A DNA stretch of 64,000 bases, from the IMG/VR virus record IMGVR_UViG_3300025098_000016; one strand, given 5' to 3'. Source of the DNA: an uncultured virus (IMG/VR IMGVR_UViG_3300025098_000016). Taxonomy: Duplodnaviria > Heunggongvirae > Uroviricota > Caudoviricetes. Position numbers and translations under genes: made by a program. Of this stretch, positions 31,602 to 40,673 are shown one piece after another (the first letter of the stretch is position 1; the number at the start of each line of letters is the position of its first letter). The notes under the pieces were generated by a model, which made no database searches, was not told the DNA's origin, and worked only from the letters and a program-made list of their open reading frames with translations.

Positions 31602-32336
31602 ATGGCTCTTAGTACTGCGGTACGAACTAACGTACTTGCGGATGTAACCCACGCTGTATCGGGCTTAAAATGCGATTTAGACGGTATATATCCGTACTCT
31701 ACAAGTATAGTTGATTGGCTTAAACCAGTTGTAGATCTATCGAATTTCCATGTGTATCCTATGAACGGTATTACACAAGGGCTAGATTGGTGGTACGATA
31801 AAGAGCGTAGAGCTGTAACAATGGAACGTGGAGACTATCAATGGATACATCCAAAAGCAGGAGTAAAACGTATTCATTATATTAGTGTGCCTAGTGCTAT
31901 TGACGGAAACTTTATAGACATACCCAGAGACACACCTACAGCAGTTGACCTTGCATATTTAGGAAGCACAGATATACATAAAATAGATATACCAAAAAAT
32001 GTAGAGTATGTGTTTTATAGTTTAAGTAAACCTTTTGGTGTACGTAATGTTCGCACAGGTTGGATTTTTACTCGCAATCTAGATACAAGATTAGATGCTA
32101 TTACCAATAGTGCTAAGTACTATAACTATTATGCAAATAGTGTTGCAGAAACAATCATAAACAAATTTGATATTGACTATGTATGGAATACTTTAAAAGA
32201 CAAGCAAATAGATATTTGTAATACATACGGATTCACACCAAGTGATAGTGTGTGGCTTGCAACAACAAACAATCCTGCATACGATAAATTTAAAAGAGGA
32301 GATGTAAATAGGTTATGCCTCGCACCGTGTTACTAG
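31602..32336 (+). CDS. PLP-dependent (fold I) aminotransferase-like protein, short
   Basis: NGITQGL, VDLAY, YSLSKPFGVRNVRTG (Schiff-base Lys motif). Confidence 0.65.
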   Translation: MALSTAVRTNVLADVTHAVSGLKCDLDGIYPYSTSIVDWLKPVVDLSNFHVYPMNGITQGLDWWYDKERRAVTMERGDYQWIHPKAGVKRIHYISVPSAIDGNFIDIPRDTPTAVDLAYLGSTDIHKIDIPKNVEYVFYSLSKPFGVRNVRTGWIFTRNLDTRLDAITNSAKYYNYYANSVAETIINKFDIDYVWNTLKDKQIDICNTYGFTPSDSVWLATTNNPAYDKFKRGDVNRLCLAPCY

Positions 32337-33835
32337 GAACTATCTCAAGTGTATATCACGATTGGGTACCATACCCTGTAGGATGCCTCATCTCTCATTG
32401 TATGAAAAATCCTACTATAGCAAAAGACACAACTTTTTTAGAACCTTTGTATAAAAGCAAATGGGATAATGAAGATACACATGCAAAATTAAAACAAGCA
32501 GACATACTCGGACTTACATGTTATGTATGGAATCAAAATGCAAACGATGAAATTTCTCAGTTATTTAAAAAATATAATCCTAAAGGTGTAATTGTATACG
32601 GCGGTCCTAATGTACCAGAACAAAATTTACAAGAATTTAAACGTCCTTATGTAGATCATTATATGACCGGTCCAGGCGAGTTACAATGGGAAAAGTTTTT
32701 AGATCCTACTAGCAGTAGTGAGTATGCTATACCAACTCCTTATACAGATGGAATATTTGATGACTTACTAAAACGTGAAGATGATATTGCAGTAGCATTT
32801 GAAACCAACAGAGGATGTCCATATCATTGTGCATTTTGTGATTGGGGCGGAGTAAGTCGCAGTAAAATTACAAAACTAAAAGATGCCGCAGTAAAAGAAA
32901 CTATAGAGCATGTACTGAGCTTTGACAATGTAAAGCGTTTAGAAATACTAGATGCAAACTATGGCATATTTCCTAGAGATGTAGATTTTGTACAACACAT
33001 TGTTGATAATAAAAAGCGTGACGATATGATGCTTACTTTTGCTGGCTTTGCAAAAAATGGATCTCCATACTTGCCTGAGATCATGAATCTCACAATGGAT
33101 AATTTTAATGACAAAATGCGTAATGTAAAAATTAGTTTGCAAACATTATCGCCAGATGTACTAGATACAATTCAACGTAAGAATATTAGTACAGACAAAC
33201 TATTGCGTATAATGGATCAACTAAGAGATATCAAAGTAAATTCAGAACTTATTATAGGCTTGCCAGGAGAAACAGCAGACAGTTGGGCAGATACATTATT
33301 CAAACATCCAGAACTAGGTATTGATTTTGCAAGAAGTTATCCTTTATATGTTTTACCTAATACACCTATGGCAACAAATGAATATAAAGAAGAATACGGA
33401 ATAAAAACTAAAAAAATAATTTTGCCTAATAAAGAACAGTTTGAAATGATATATCAATGTAATAGTTATGATTTAGAAGAAATCACAAAAATATATCTTA
33501 CTTGGTGGTACTTTAACACATTCTATAATTTTGGCATTGATAAATCAGTCACAAAAGAAACAATGAAAACTTTTTTTAATAACTTAGACAGCATGCCTTA
33601 TGTTAGTTGTTGTGTTGAAGAAGTACGTATGGCATTACATAGAATATTTAAACCTGAGGACGAATTGCATCTAGAAGGATATGATTATAGTTTTTTACAT
33701 AAACAGTTAGGCAGAGGAAAAGAATTACTTTATTTCAAGCAAAATCAAAAACAGATATGTAAAGAACTAGGAATCAAGTTTAATATCAATAATGATGATA
33801 AAGAATTAGGGAGTGCATTTGCATATATAAAATGA
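32315..33835 (+). CDS. Cobalamin-binding radical SAM protein
   Basis: N-terminal B12-binding-like (LGLTCYVWN, GGP, GPGE); ETNRGCPYHCAFC; ELIIGLPGET. Confidence 0.85.
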   Translation: MPRTVLLGTISSVYHDWVPYPVGCLISHCMKNPTIAKDTTFLEPLYKSKWDNEDTHAKLKQADILGLTCYVWNQNANDEISQLFKKYNPKGVIVYGGPNVPEQNLQEFKRPYVDHYMTGPGELQWEKFLDPTSSSEYAIPTPYTDGIFDDLLKREDDIAVAFETNRGCPYHCAFCDWGGVSRSKITKLKDAAVKETIEHVLSFDNVKRLEILDANYGIFPRDVDFVQHIVDNKKRDDMMLTFAGFAKNGSPYLPEIMNLTMDNFNDKMRNVKISLQTLSPDVLDTIQRKNISTDKLLRIMDQLRDIKVNSELIIGLPGETADSWADTLFKHPELGIDFARSYPLYVLPNTPMATNEYKEEYGIKTKKIILPNKEQFEMIYQCNSYDLEEITKIYLTWWYFNTFYNFGIDKSVTKETMKTFFNNLDSMPYVSCCVEEVRMALHRIFKPEDELHLEGYDYSFLHKQLGRGKELLYFKQNQKQICKELGIKFNINNDDKELGSAFAYIK

Positions 33836-34497
33836 AAGATATAATTTTTACACCATTAGCAATTCCACCTATTCCGAATAAACAAAAAATATTAGATAGG
33901 TTCAATGCACCTGATTTTTATATTTGGTGGGATGAAGAAACATTATTAGGTGAAAAGGAAAATAATAATCCTTTAGGTAATCCGCAACAGTGGACAGATA
34001 AAGCAAAAGAAAATTATCCTGAGCTTATAGAATGGATCGAAACTTATATTCCTTGTGATGATTTTTACTATATTCGTATTGCAAGAGCTAAACATTCAAT
34101 ACCTCCACACATAGACGGTAATGCTGTTAAACCAACACATAAACATCATCTTGCTATTATGCCTGAAACATTGGAATATAATATGGCGCATGAACCTATT
34201 GGTTATCGTTTTGTTGTTGCAGGTAGCAAGGATAAAATGTATATGTGCAAAGACTATGATTATACAAAGGACATGTCTTGGCAACAAAAGCATAGATGTA
34301 TTGTGCCTGAAGAAACAGATGCGTTCTTAATACGCAACCAAGACCAAGCACATGGAGTTGAAGAAGATACTGAAGATAGACTAATAGGATTTATACTTGG
34401 TAAAGTTAATGCCAGGAAGCATTGGGATCTAATAGAAAAAAGCGTAAGTAAGTATAGTGATAAAGTTATAAGGAAACAAGATGTATTCAATGCATGA
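33832..34497 (+). CDS. Fe(II)/2OG-type oxygenase-like protein
   Basis: IPPHID...AHGV....R. Confidence 0.55.
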   Translation: MKDIIFTPLAIPPIPNKQKILDRFNAPDFYIWWDEETLLGEKENNNPLGNPQQWTDKAKENYPELIEWIETYIPCDDFYYIRIARAKHSIPPHIDGNAVKPTHKHHLAIMPETLEYNMAHEPIGYRFVVAGSKDKMYMCKDYDYTKDMSWQQKHRCIVPEETDAFLIRNQDQAHGVEEDTEDRLIGFILGKVNARKHWDLIEKSVSKYSDKVIRKQDVFNA

Positions 34498-35095
34498 TGG
34501 CGCAAATATTAGTGTACACCAACAAGTAGCCAAACGACTACAACCAAAAACGTGTGTAGAGATCGGAACTTATTATGGTGGCATCACATACAAGTTAAGT
34601 AAGATGCTCCCTGATAGTCATTTCTTTGCTGTGCAAAGTTATCACGATCATAAACTTAATCACATGCCCAATACTGACAGAGGCGAATATAGTATTGGTC
34701 AAGCAAGAGAAGATAAAAGTGAAGGGCTTGATAAGGACCTTAAAGAACAAGATTGGAAGCGTAGTGTTAAGAGACATTTTCCAGAAGAGTATCACGACTA
34801 TTTTGATTTTAATCTACTAGCAAAAACATTTGAAGACTGTAACAATGTAAGTATTATATTAGATACTAGTCCTTTTAAGTATGATTGGAAAATTGGATTT
34901 GATCTAGCAATATTTGATGTATCACCGTTGTTAGAAGAAAACGTAAAACAATTTAATTATTGGTGCAAGTACGGCAATCATCATGCTAACATACTTATGG
35001 GTGCATATAATCATCAACAAGAATTTTATGATTATGTAGACAAAAGATATAAAGCAGAAAAAATAGGAAATGATTATGTTCTCGTGTGCATATGA
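34481..35095 (+). CDS. SAM-dependent methyltransferase
   Basis: VEIGTYYGG motif I, FDLAIFD; SD AAGGA. Confidence 0.7.
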   Translation: MYSMHDGANISVHQQVAKRLQPKTCVEIGTYYGGITYKLSKMLPDSHFFAVQSYHDHKLNHMPNTDRGEYSIGQAREDKSEGLDKDLKEQDWKRSVKRHFPEEYHDYFDFNLLAKTFEDCNNVSIILDTSPFKYDWKIGFDLAIFDVSPLLEENVKQFNYWCKYGNHHANILMGAYNHQQEFYDYVDKRYKAEKIGNDYVLVCI

Positions 35096-35741
35096 ACTTA
35101 ACATAGACATCACACAAGTACGTGAAGAACTACAACATCTAAATAATCCTAAATACAAGTATGCAGGCTACGATGATATGTGCTTTTACGTATCAGACGA
35201 AACAGTAAAACAACAAGGTTGTGATGCTGTTGTAAGTTTCAAAGAAAAATTTAATAACGGTTTTGTAGATGGCATACGTTTTCTTAACATGTATCCAGAA
35301 CAAAAATATTTGCCCCACGTTGATTCCAATGAACAAGGATTTCATAAAGACATACCTATGGATGTACAACATCCTGGCAATGTAAATATTTTGTTAAGTA
35401 AACCAGTTGGTGATACCACAGTATGGTATATAGATCCTGACCTTAGGAAATTATGGCCTTGGGCATTTAGTAACAACGGAGATCTATTTCCTGATAATGT
35501 TAATAATTATATTACAAACGAAACCATGGGGCAAGATAGATCAACACTTCAACAAGTAGATAAATTTAAACTAACTGACAAAGCAACATTGTTTAATACG
35601 TCTGCACATCATACTATAATAAGTGAAGATGTAAATGAACCACGCTCTAGTGCATGTTTTATATTTTGGCCATACAATAGTTGGCAAGGTATAGTTGAAG
35701 CAGTAAGAGCAAAGGGATTATTGCATGACCGCATGGAATAA
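35070..35741 (+). CDS. Fe(II)/2OG-type oxygenase-like protein
   Basis: LPHVD...LFNTSAHH....PR. Confidence 0.6.
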   Translation: MIMFSCAYELNIDITQVREELQHLNNPKYKYAGYDDMCFYVSDETVKQQGCDAVVSFKEKFNNGFVDGIRFLNMYPEQKYLPHVDSNEQGFHKDIPMDVQHPGNVNILLSKPVGDTTVWYIDPDLRKLWPWAFSNNGDLFPDNVNNYITNETMGQDRSTLQQVDKFKLTDKATLFNTSAHHTIISEDVNEPRSSACFIFWPYNSWQGIVEAVRAKGLLHDRME

Positions 35742-36252
35742 AGAAAAAATCTTTATACATATTCCTAAGACAGGCGGAATAAGTATGACGTCTACAATGG
35801 GCAAAGTAAATATTAAACCACATGCACCTATATGTGATCCAACACTTCCTAAATTACCTAGTTTTACAGTAATAAGAAATCCATATGAACGTGCAGTTAG
35901 TTGGTGGAAGTATTCTAAACAATACGGAATTGATGTTGGATTTTTAGAATATTTGTATGTTTATTTTGACAAGCCATGGCCTAATTGGCGTAAACAATTT
36001 GAAGAATATACAACTACAACAGCAGATTTCTTTTTAGGAGAATTTAAACCTAGTATTCCTATGATGGATTATATAACAATTAATCATAAAATTGCAGTAG
36101 ATGAAATTATAAGATACGAAGATATGCAAATCCAAGAACGACAAAATGTGTCTAAGTTCAAAATAAATATTAATGAGGTACTCACACCAGAAGCAAAAAA
36201 CGTTATAGAACACTATTATCGTGTTGATTTGGAAAGTTTTGATTATGAATAA
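35725..36252 (+). CDS. Sulfotransferase (Sulfotransfer_2-like)
   Basis: 5'-PSB loop FIHIPKTGGIS and 3'-PB RNPYERAVSW; IRYED. Confidence 0.8.
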   Translation: MTAWNKEKIFIHIPKTGGISMTSTMGKVNIKPHAPICDPTLPKLPSFTVIRNPYERAVSWWKYSKQYGIDVGFLEYLYVYFDKPWPNWRKQFEEYTTTTADFFLGEFKPSIPMMDYITINHKIAVDEIIRYEDMQIQERQNVSKFKININEVLTPEAKNVIEHYYRVDLESFDYE

Positions 36253-36868
36253 AAAGCATTTACCTAGTATATACAACTATAATTTAAATATCGACTTAAA
36301 AAAATTACAAAACGACTGTGATAAATTAGCAGAAAAATTTGTTGATGTACGCACAGCAAATCCTATGCTGTGTATGAATCATGAAGATTTAGTTAAGAAT
36401 GTATACGACAACTTTGAACAGATAAACCTTACTACACCTAGTGAGATTTTACCGCACACAGCCAGCATTAAGGAGCGTCTAAGACGCCGAGAAGAACACC
36501 TTTATAATGTTCCTACTGACGATTATCCTGGTAGTTACTTTGAGCAAGTTATTACACAACTTAAAGCACCTGCAAGCCGTATAAGAATTACAAAACTTGC
36601 ACCAGGTAAAAACATACCATTTCATGTAGACTATGATGTAAGTTATGCAGTACGTTGTATTGTACCTATCTACGGAGATAACCAAGTTATAAATTTATTT
36701 AAAAGAGATGGCAAATTAGAAGCATATAATTTAGAAAATGGAAATGCTTACTTTCTAAATATAGGATATCCACATGCAGTTGTTAACATGAGTAGCAAGC
36801 CACGTATTGCTTTAATGTTTAGTTTAGATGGGACAGACGATATTAGTCATCTTTCCAACGGTTCCTAA
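36245..36868 (+). CDS. Asp/Asn beta-hydroxylase-like oxygenase
   Basis: RITKLAPG..IPFHVD...YFLNIGYPHAVVN....R. Confidence 0.75.
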   Translation: MNKKHLPSIYNYNLNIDLKKLQNDCDKLAEKFVDVRTANPMLCMNHEDLVKNVYDNFEQINLTTPSEILPHTASIKERLRRREEHLYNVPTDDYPGSYFEQVITQLKAPASRIRITKLAPGKNIPFHVDYDVSYAVRCIVPIYGDNQVINLFKRDGKLEAYNLENGNAYFLNIGYPHAVVNMSSKPRIALMFSLDGTDDISHLSNGS

Positions 36869-37361
36869 CTTCAGATGTTATAAATGGCCAACCACTAAGA
36901 TTAAGTCTTTGGCCACTACATGGTTCGACCCAGTGATCAAATCCTGTACGCATTATTACAAGCCTATTACGCTTTGGAAGTATACGCATATCTTCTGTAC
37001 ATAATTCGCCATCAGTCTCATCTGTAAGATAAAGCATCCATACCCAGTCTCCATAAACTTCTGGATCTTCTTTGTGCTTGCCTATGTGACTGCTAGGGGT
37101 AAACTTTTTGGCAAACAGTTGCATAGGTTCTAGATCCTGTGTAGGTATACTTGTGCCAATGTGTTCGCCTATTTCGCTCAACAACATTAGTCTATGGGGA
37201 CTAGTTCTAATGTTATTTTTTATCATTTGCCATTCGTATTCTGTATATTCGCCTACATGTGACCCTGTTTCACTGTCTAGTTGTAACAGTTCTCCTTTGC
37301 AAAGTTCATCTAGTTCTTGTAGATAATCCTCTTCAAAAATATCGTCAACTACTATAACCAT
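36843..37361 (-). CDS. Fe(II)/2OG oxygenase (prolyl-hydroxylase-like)
   Basis: HKE, MLYL, GEL, PKRNRLVI, H.V...R. Confidence 0.7.
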   Translation of the reverse strand: MVIVVDDIFEEDYLQELDELCKGELLQLDSETGSHVGEYTEYEWQMIKNNIRTSPHRLMLLSEIGEHIGTSIPTQDLEPMQLFAKKFTPSSHIGKHKEDPEVYGDWVWMLYLTDETDGELCTEDMRILPKRNRLVIMRTGFDHWVEPCSGQRLNLSGWPFITSEVRNRWKDD

Positions 37362-38097
37362 TTTCTTCCGCCCATTCTTTCCAAGTTGTGTTAGTATCCT
37401 CAATCCATTGATTGTTATGTTGTTTCCCTACACTATGAGGACCATTTATACTAGCCACGGCATGCAGTCTTACACTACGACAAGGAACTACAGCATGAGC
37501 TTTGCTTGTATTCAAAATAAAAGACTCTCCAGGCTTACAAAATACAGGACCGTCAGCAGTTTCTATGCTACTTGTAATTCCTTCACCGTCATTTAATAAA
37601 ACATGATGATATCTAAATCCTGTATCACCGTCAGTGTGCCAAATAAATCTGCAATCGTGTTCCATATAGCTAAACCAAAAATTGCTACGCAAATTAGGAA
37701 TAACTGCGTCGATTTCATTACAATGTTTTTTTCCTAATTCTTTAAAGTCTTTATGAACAAAACAATAAATGTTTAAATGCTGATCCGGTTCTATTCTAGC
37801 ATTTTCATGTCTTAGTTTAACATAATACAAAACTCCTGAATCATAGTGATATTCATCCACATAATCTAACCAGTTCTCTTCATCCTTCATATCAAATCCT
37901 CTAAGTCCGTTGTATATGTCACGTTTATCCATAAGTTTTTCTGACCGACGCATATACACATTAAGATAAGTTTGATCACCAAAATTAAGATCTGGCCAAA
38001 TTTCTTCAGTCATATCATAAAATAACTTTGTAAGTTCTTTAGTGTTGTTTACAGTGTCACAAAGAACAAATGCTTCTTTCATATGTTGATCAAACAT
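37345..38097 (-). CDS. Asp/Asn beta-hydroxylase-like oxygenase
   Basis: WHTD..FRYH...FILNTSKAHAV...RLH. Confidence 0.65.
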   Translation of the reverse strand: MFDQHMKEAFVLCDTVNNTKELTKLFYDMTEEIWPDLNFGDQTYLNVYMRRSEKLMDKRDIYNGLRGFDMKDEENWLDYVDEYHYDSGVLYYVKLRHENARIEPDQHLNIYCFVHKDFKELGKKHCNEIDAVIPNLRSNFWFSYMEHDCRFIWHTDGDTGFRYHHVLLNDGEGITSSIETADGPVFCKPGESFILNTSKAHAVVPCRSVRLHAVASINGPHSVGKQHNNQWIEDTNTTWKEWAEENGYSS

Positions 38098-38540
38098 TCT
38101 ACTAACTCCTCTATCGGTTGCTCAAAGCAAATTTGAAAATTATATCTAGGGTATTCATTATTATTAATATAGTGAGGTAACTGTGTGTTAAACAATATAG
38201 GTTTTTCATGTGTAACAGTTGGACCGTCTATAAAATGGCAAGGTGCATAATCTTTATGCCAAAACAATGGAACAATTAATACAGTGTTCCTCTTCCATTT
38301 AGTATTATCTACATGTGCAACTACCTTTGCATTTGCAGGTTGATGTACAAACATTGTATAACAATTATAGTTAAATCTTTTAAAATAAGGTAAATCTAGG
38401 TCCCAACACAAGTTACCATCTTTTTTACCGCTTATGGTATCGTAACCAAGAAAATTTGCTTCAGGACTCTTACATAAATTTTCTAAAAAATTTACATCTT
38501 CTGAAGAAATAAGATCTGTTGTTTCATAAAACGGAATCAT
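38079..38540 (-). CDS. Fe(II)/2OG-type oxygenase-like protein
   Basis: AHVD...LFNTQLPH....PR; ATGA overlap. Confidence 0.6.
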   Translation of the reverse strand: MIPFYETTDLISSEDVNFLENLCKSPEANFLGYDTISGKKDGNLCWDLDLPYFKRFNYNCYTMFVHQPANAKVVAHVDNTKWKRNTVLIVPLFWHKDYAPCHFIDGPTVTHEKPILFNTQLPHYINNNEYPRYNFQICFEQPIEELVECLINI

Positions 38541-39202
38541 GTATATATTTGTCTTTTCATTTCTATTATTGCATCCATACACATCTCTATATTCATTACA
38601 AGCCATATACTGTCGCTAGAGCCCGGATTAAATAACGAGTGCGTTTTTAAAGTATTTAAGAAATAAATTCCACCTTCTATCCAATTAAGTACATTGTGAT
38701 TTTTATAGTCGCCATGCATCCAATAAAAATTTGGAGGGTTTACATTTTTTATAGGTACAACTAATCTAAACGTTTCGGGAGACCGGCTCATTGCTTCATC
38801 AACATGAGGAGGAAAGTATCCACCAGGTGGAATTTTAATAAACTGTGTTCTTCCTAAAAAGTTCTTCCAAGGAGTTAATATTCTTTGTAATTCCTGACTT
38901 GAATTATATAAAGGTGTAGGAATTTTAAAATCTAATTCGCTATATAGTGTCACCTTCGACTTTAAAGCCTCTTCCTTCTGTTGGTCAGATTTTCTTAAAC
39001 TGCCTTTACTTTGATTAAATTTTCCGTCTAACGATGTAACTGCTAAAGAATATCTTGGAATATGAGGTTTATTAGGATTATATTGAACCCATTCTGTATT
39101 ATATTGTTCTATACTGGTTAGTATTTGTTTTGTACTAACTGAAGTTGTTAATTTAACAAAGTCACCGTTACTGATTAATGCACTAAATATTTCCCAACTC
39201 AT
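38537..39202 (-). CDS. Asp/Asn beta-hydroxylase-like oxygenase (paralog of 30021)
   Basis: LGRTQFIKIPPGGYFPPHVD...YFLNTLKTH. Confidence 0.7.
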   Translation of the reverse strand: MSWEIFSALISNGDFVKLTTSVSTKQILTSIEQYNTEWVQYNPNKPHIPRYSLAVTSLDGKFNQSKGSLRKSDQQKEEALKSKVTLYSELDFKIPTPLYNSSQELQRILTPWKNFLGRTQFIKIPPGGYFPPHVDEAMSRSPETFRLVVPIKNVNPPNFYWMHGDYKNHNVLNWIEGGIYFLNTLKTHSLFNPGSSDSIWLVMNIEMCMDAIIEMKRQIYT

Positions 39203-39650
39203 TTGTTACCTCCTTTACTGCATCTTGTATAGTTATATCTGTTTCTAATTCTGGGTTATTGTCTAATATAGGATTTTCTTTTGTAAATCCCCATGTAAGA
39301 TAAGGTTGCTTAAATTTTTTACTCATATGTTCTAGTGTAATTTTATTGTCCTTTTTTATAATGTCCCAATGATCTGTAACTTTTGCTTCTGTGATTTTAC
39401 TACCAATGTTTATACATTTAATTTTGTTACGATACGCTCTTATACTAATATTAACTTGAGCATTTCCAATATCTGCACAATTTATCATACAATCCAGCTT
39501 ATCTTCAAATATTTTCTCCACATCAAAATTTAAGTCATATCCTGTTGCTCTACTATAACCTTTAATACTGTGTCCTAGCTCTTTGCACTCATTAGCAATA
39601 TGTTTGCCAAAGCCGCTTGTATGACCAGTTATGCCAATCGTAAGACCCAT
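39183..39650 (-). CDS. Short-chain dehydrogenase-like Rossmann protein (short)
   Basis: IGITGHTSGFG, MINCA, INIGS; SD GGAGGA. Confidence 0.6.
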   Translation of the reverse strand: MGLTIGITGHTSGFGKHIANECKELGHSIKGYSRATGYDLNFDVEKIFEDKLDCMINCADIGNAQVNISIRAYRNKIKCINIGSKITEAKVTDHWDIIKKDNKITLEHMSKKFKQPYLTWGFTKENPILDNNPELETDITIQDAVKEVTNELGNI

Positions 39651-40084
39651 TGCAGTCCTCCTAAAGGAATTTCTTCTTGGGTAATTTTCCAATTATAAAA
39701 ACTATGTTCTTGAAACCATTCAAGCAGTTTAGGATTTTCTTCCCTGCTTACCCATATATCTTTATAGCCCATATCAAGTGCCATCTTTGTACTAAAACCT
39801 AATGTAGCATTTCCTCTTTGCAGATCATCTTTCATTGTACCCCAATCATAATTTCGATCACGAGTATGACGGCTCATAATTCTAATGCCGCCGTTGTATT
39901 CTGGTCTTGCAATACCAGCACTATAATAAATTAAATGAGGATCCCAACCCATGCGGGCAAACTTTGTATGTTCAAACAAAGGCCACTTGCTATAGTTATC
40001 TGCATGTTTGTGTCCTTGTGTTTTTTCAAACAGTTCTTTAATGTCCTCTATGTGAGGTTCAATCTCTTCTAAACGCCATTTCAT
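39629..40084 (-). CDS. Hypothetical protein, possibly GNAT-like
   Basis: 151 aa; weak acyltransferase-like pattern (RG...L...ALDMGY..IWV). Confidence 0.35.
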   Translation of the reverse strand: MKWRLEEIEPHIEDIKELFEKTQGHKHADNYSKWPLFEHTKFARMGWDPHLIYYSAGIARPEYNGGIRIMSRHTRDRNYDWGTMKDDLQRGNATLGFSTKMALDMGYKDIWVSREENPKLLEWFQEHSFYNWKITQEEIPLGGLQWVLRLA

Positions 40085-40640
40085 GATGATCTTTATGGTT
40101 TCCTTCGAACGGTGCGATTAAATTTACCCAAATATTATTAATCGGTCCTTTACTGTCATGCCCCCAAAAGTTCAATGCGCCAAAGCCGAAGTAGGCTAGT
40201 GCGTAAATTATTGCTAATACTACAAGTGCGTTGAATCCAAATACCAGTGTTAGTAGTATTGCGTTTGTAATGTAAATTAAATTTCTATGTTTATGAAAGA
40301 AAACTACTCTAGGATTTGTAATTATATCCTTTAAGAATTTACGTGGTATTCTTTCTACTCTCCATAGACTAAACAATATTGAATACCAAGGTTGATATTT
40401 TGCACTATGCGGATCTTTTGGTGTATCTGCATATACATGGTGCATACGATGTACACCTACCCAACCTAGCGGACTTCTGTTACCACAAAGCAATCCGCAG
40501 TATAGCATTACTATTTCTTGCCAAGGCTTTGCAGAAAATTCATTGTGAGAAAAATATCTGTGATATCCATACGTAATGCCAATAGTGACAATTAGCATAT
40601 AGGCTAGATAAGAGAATAGAATAATATATAGTATTTGCAT
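40059..40640 (-). CDS. Membrane fatty-acid desaturase (delta-9-like)
   Basis: Three His boxes HRYFSH, HRMHH (DTPKDPHS), HKDHH; transmembrane segments. Confidence 0.88.
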   Translation of the reverse strand: MQILYIILFSYLAYMLIVTIGITYGYHRYFSHNEFSAKPWQEIVMLYCGLLCGNRSPLGWVGVHRMHHVYADTPKDPHSAKYQPWYSILFSLWRVERIPRKFLKDIITNPRVVFFHKHRNLIYITNAILLTLVFGFNALVVLAIIYALAYFGFGALNFWGHDSKGPINNIWVNLIAPFEGNHKDHHEMAFRRD

Positions 40641-40652
40641 ACTAATACTTAT
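40638..40652 (-). promoter_or_regulatory. Late motif-N5-ATG (leaderless-type start)
   Basis: Minus strand reads ATAAGTA-TTAGT-ATG, no SD. Confidence 0.55.
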
Positions 40653-40673
40653 CTTTATTGCATTGGGGAGTTA

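Noticed and set aside
15911..40640. Classical RiPP cluster reading of the radical-SAM island
   Set aside because: No precursor peptide, RRE/PqqD, peptidase or exporter was recognised; ORFs under 60 aa were not systematically checked, so this is not fully excluded
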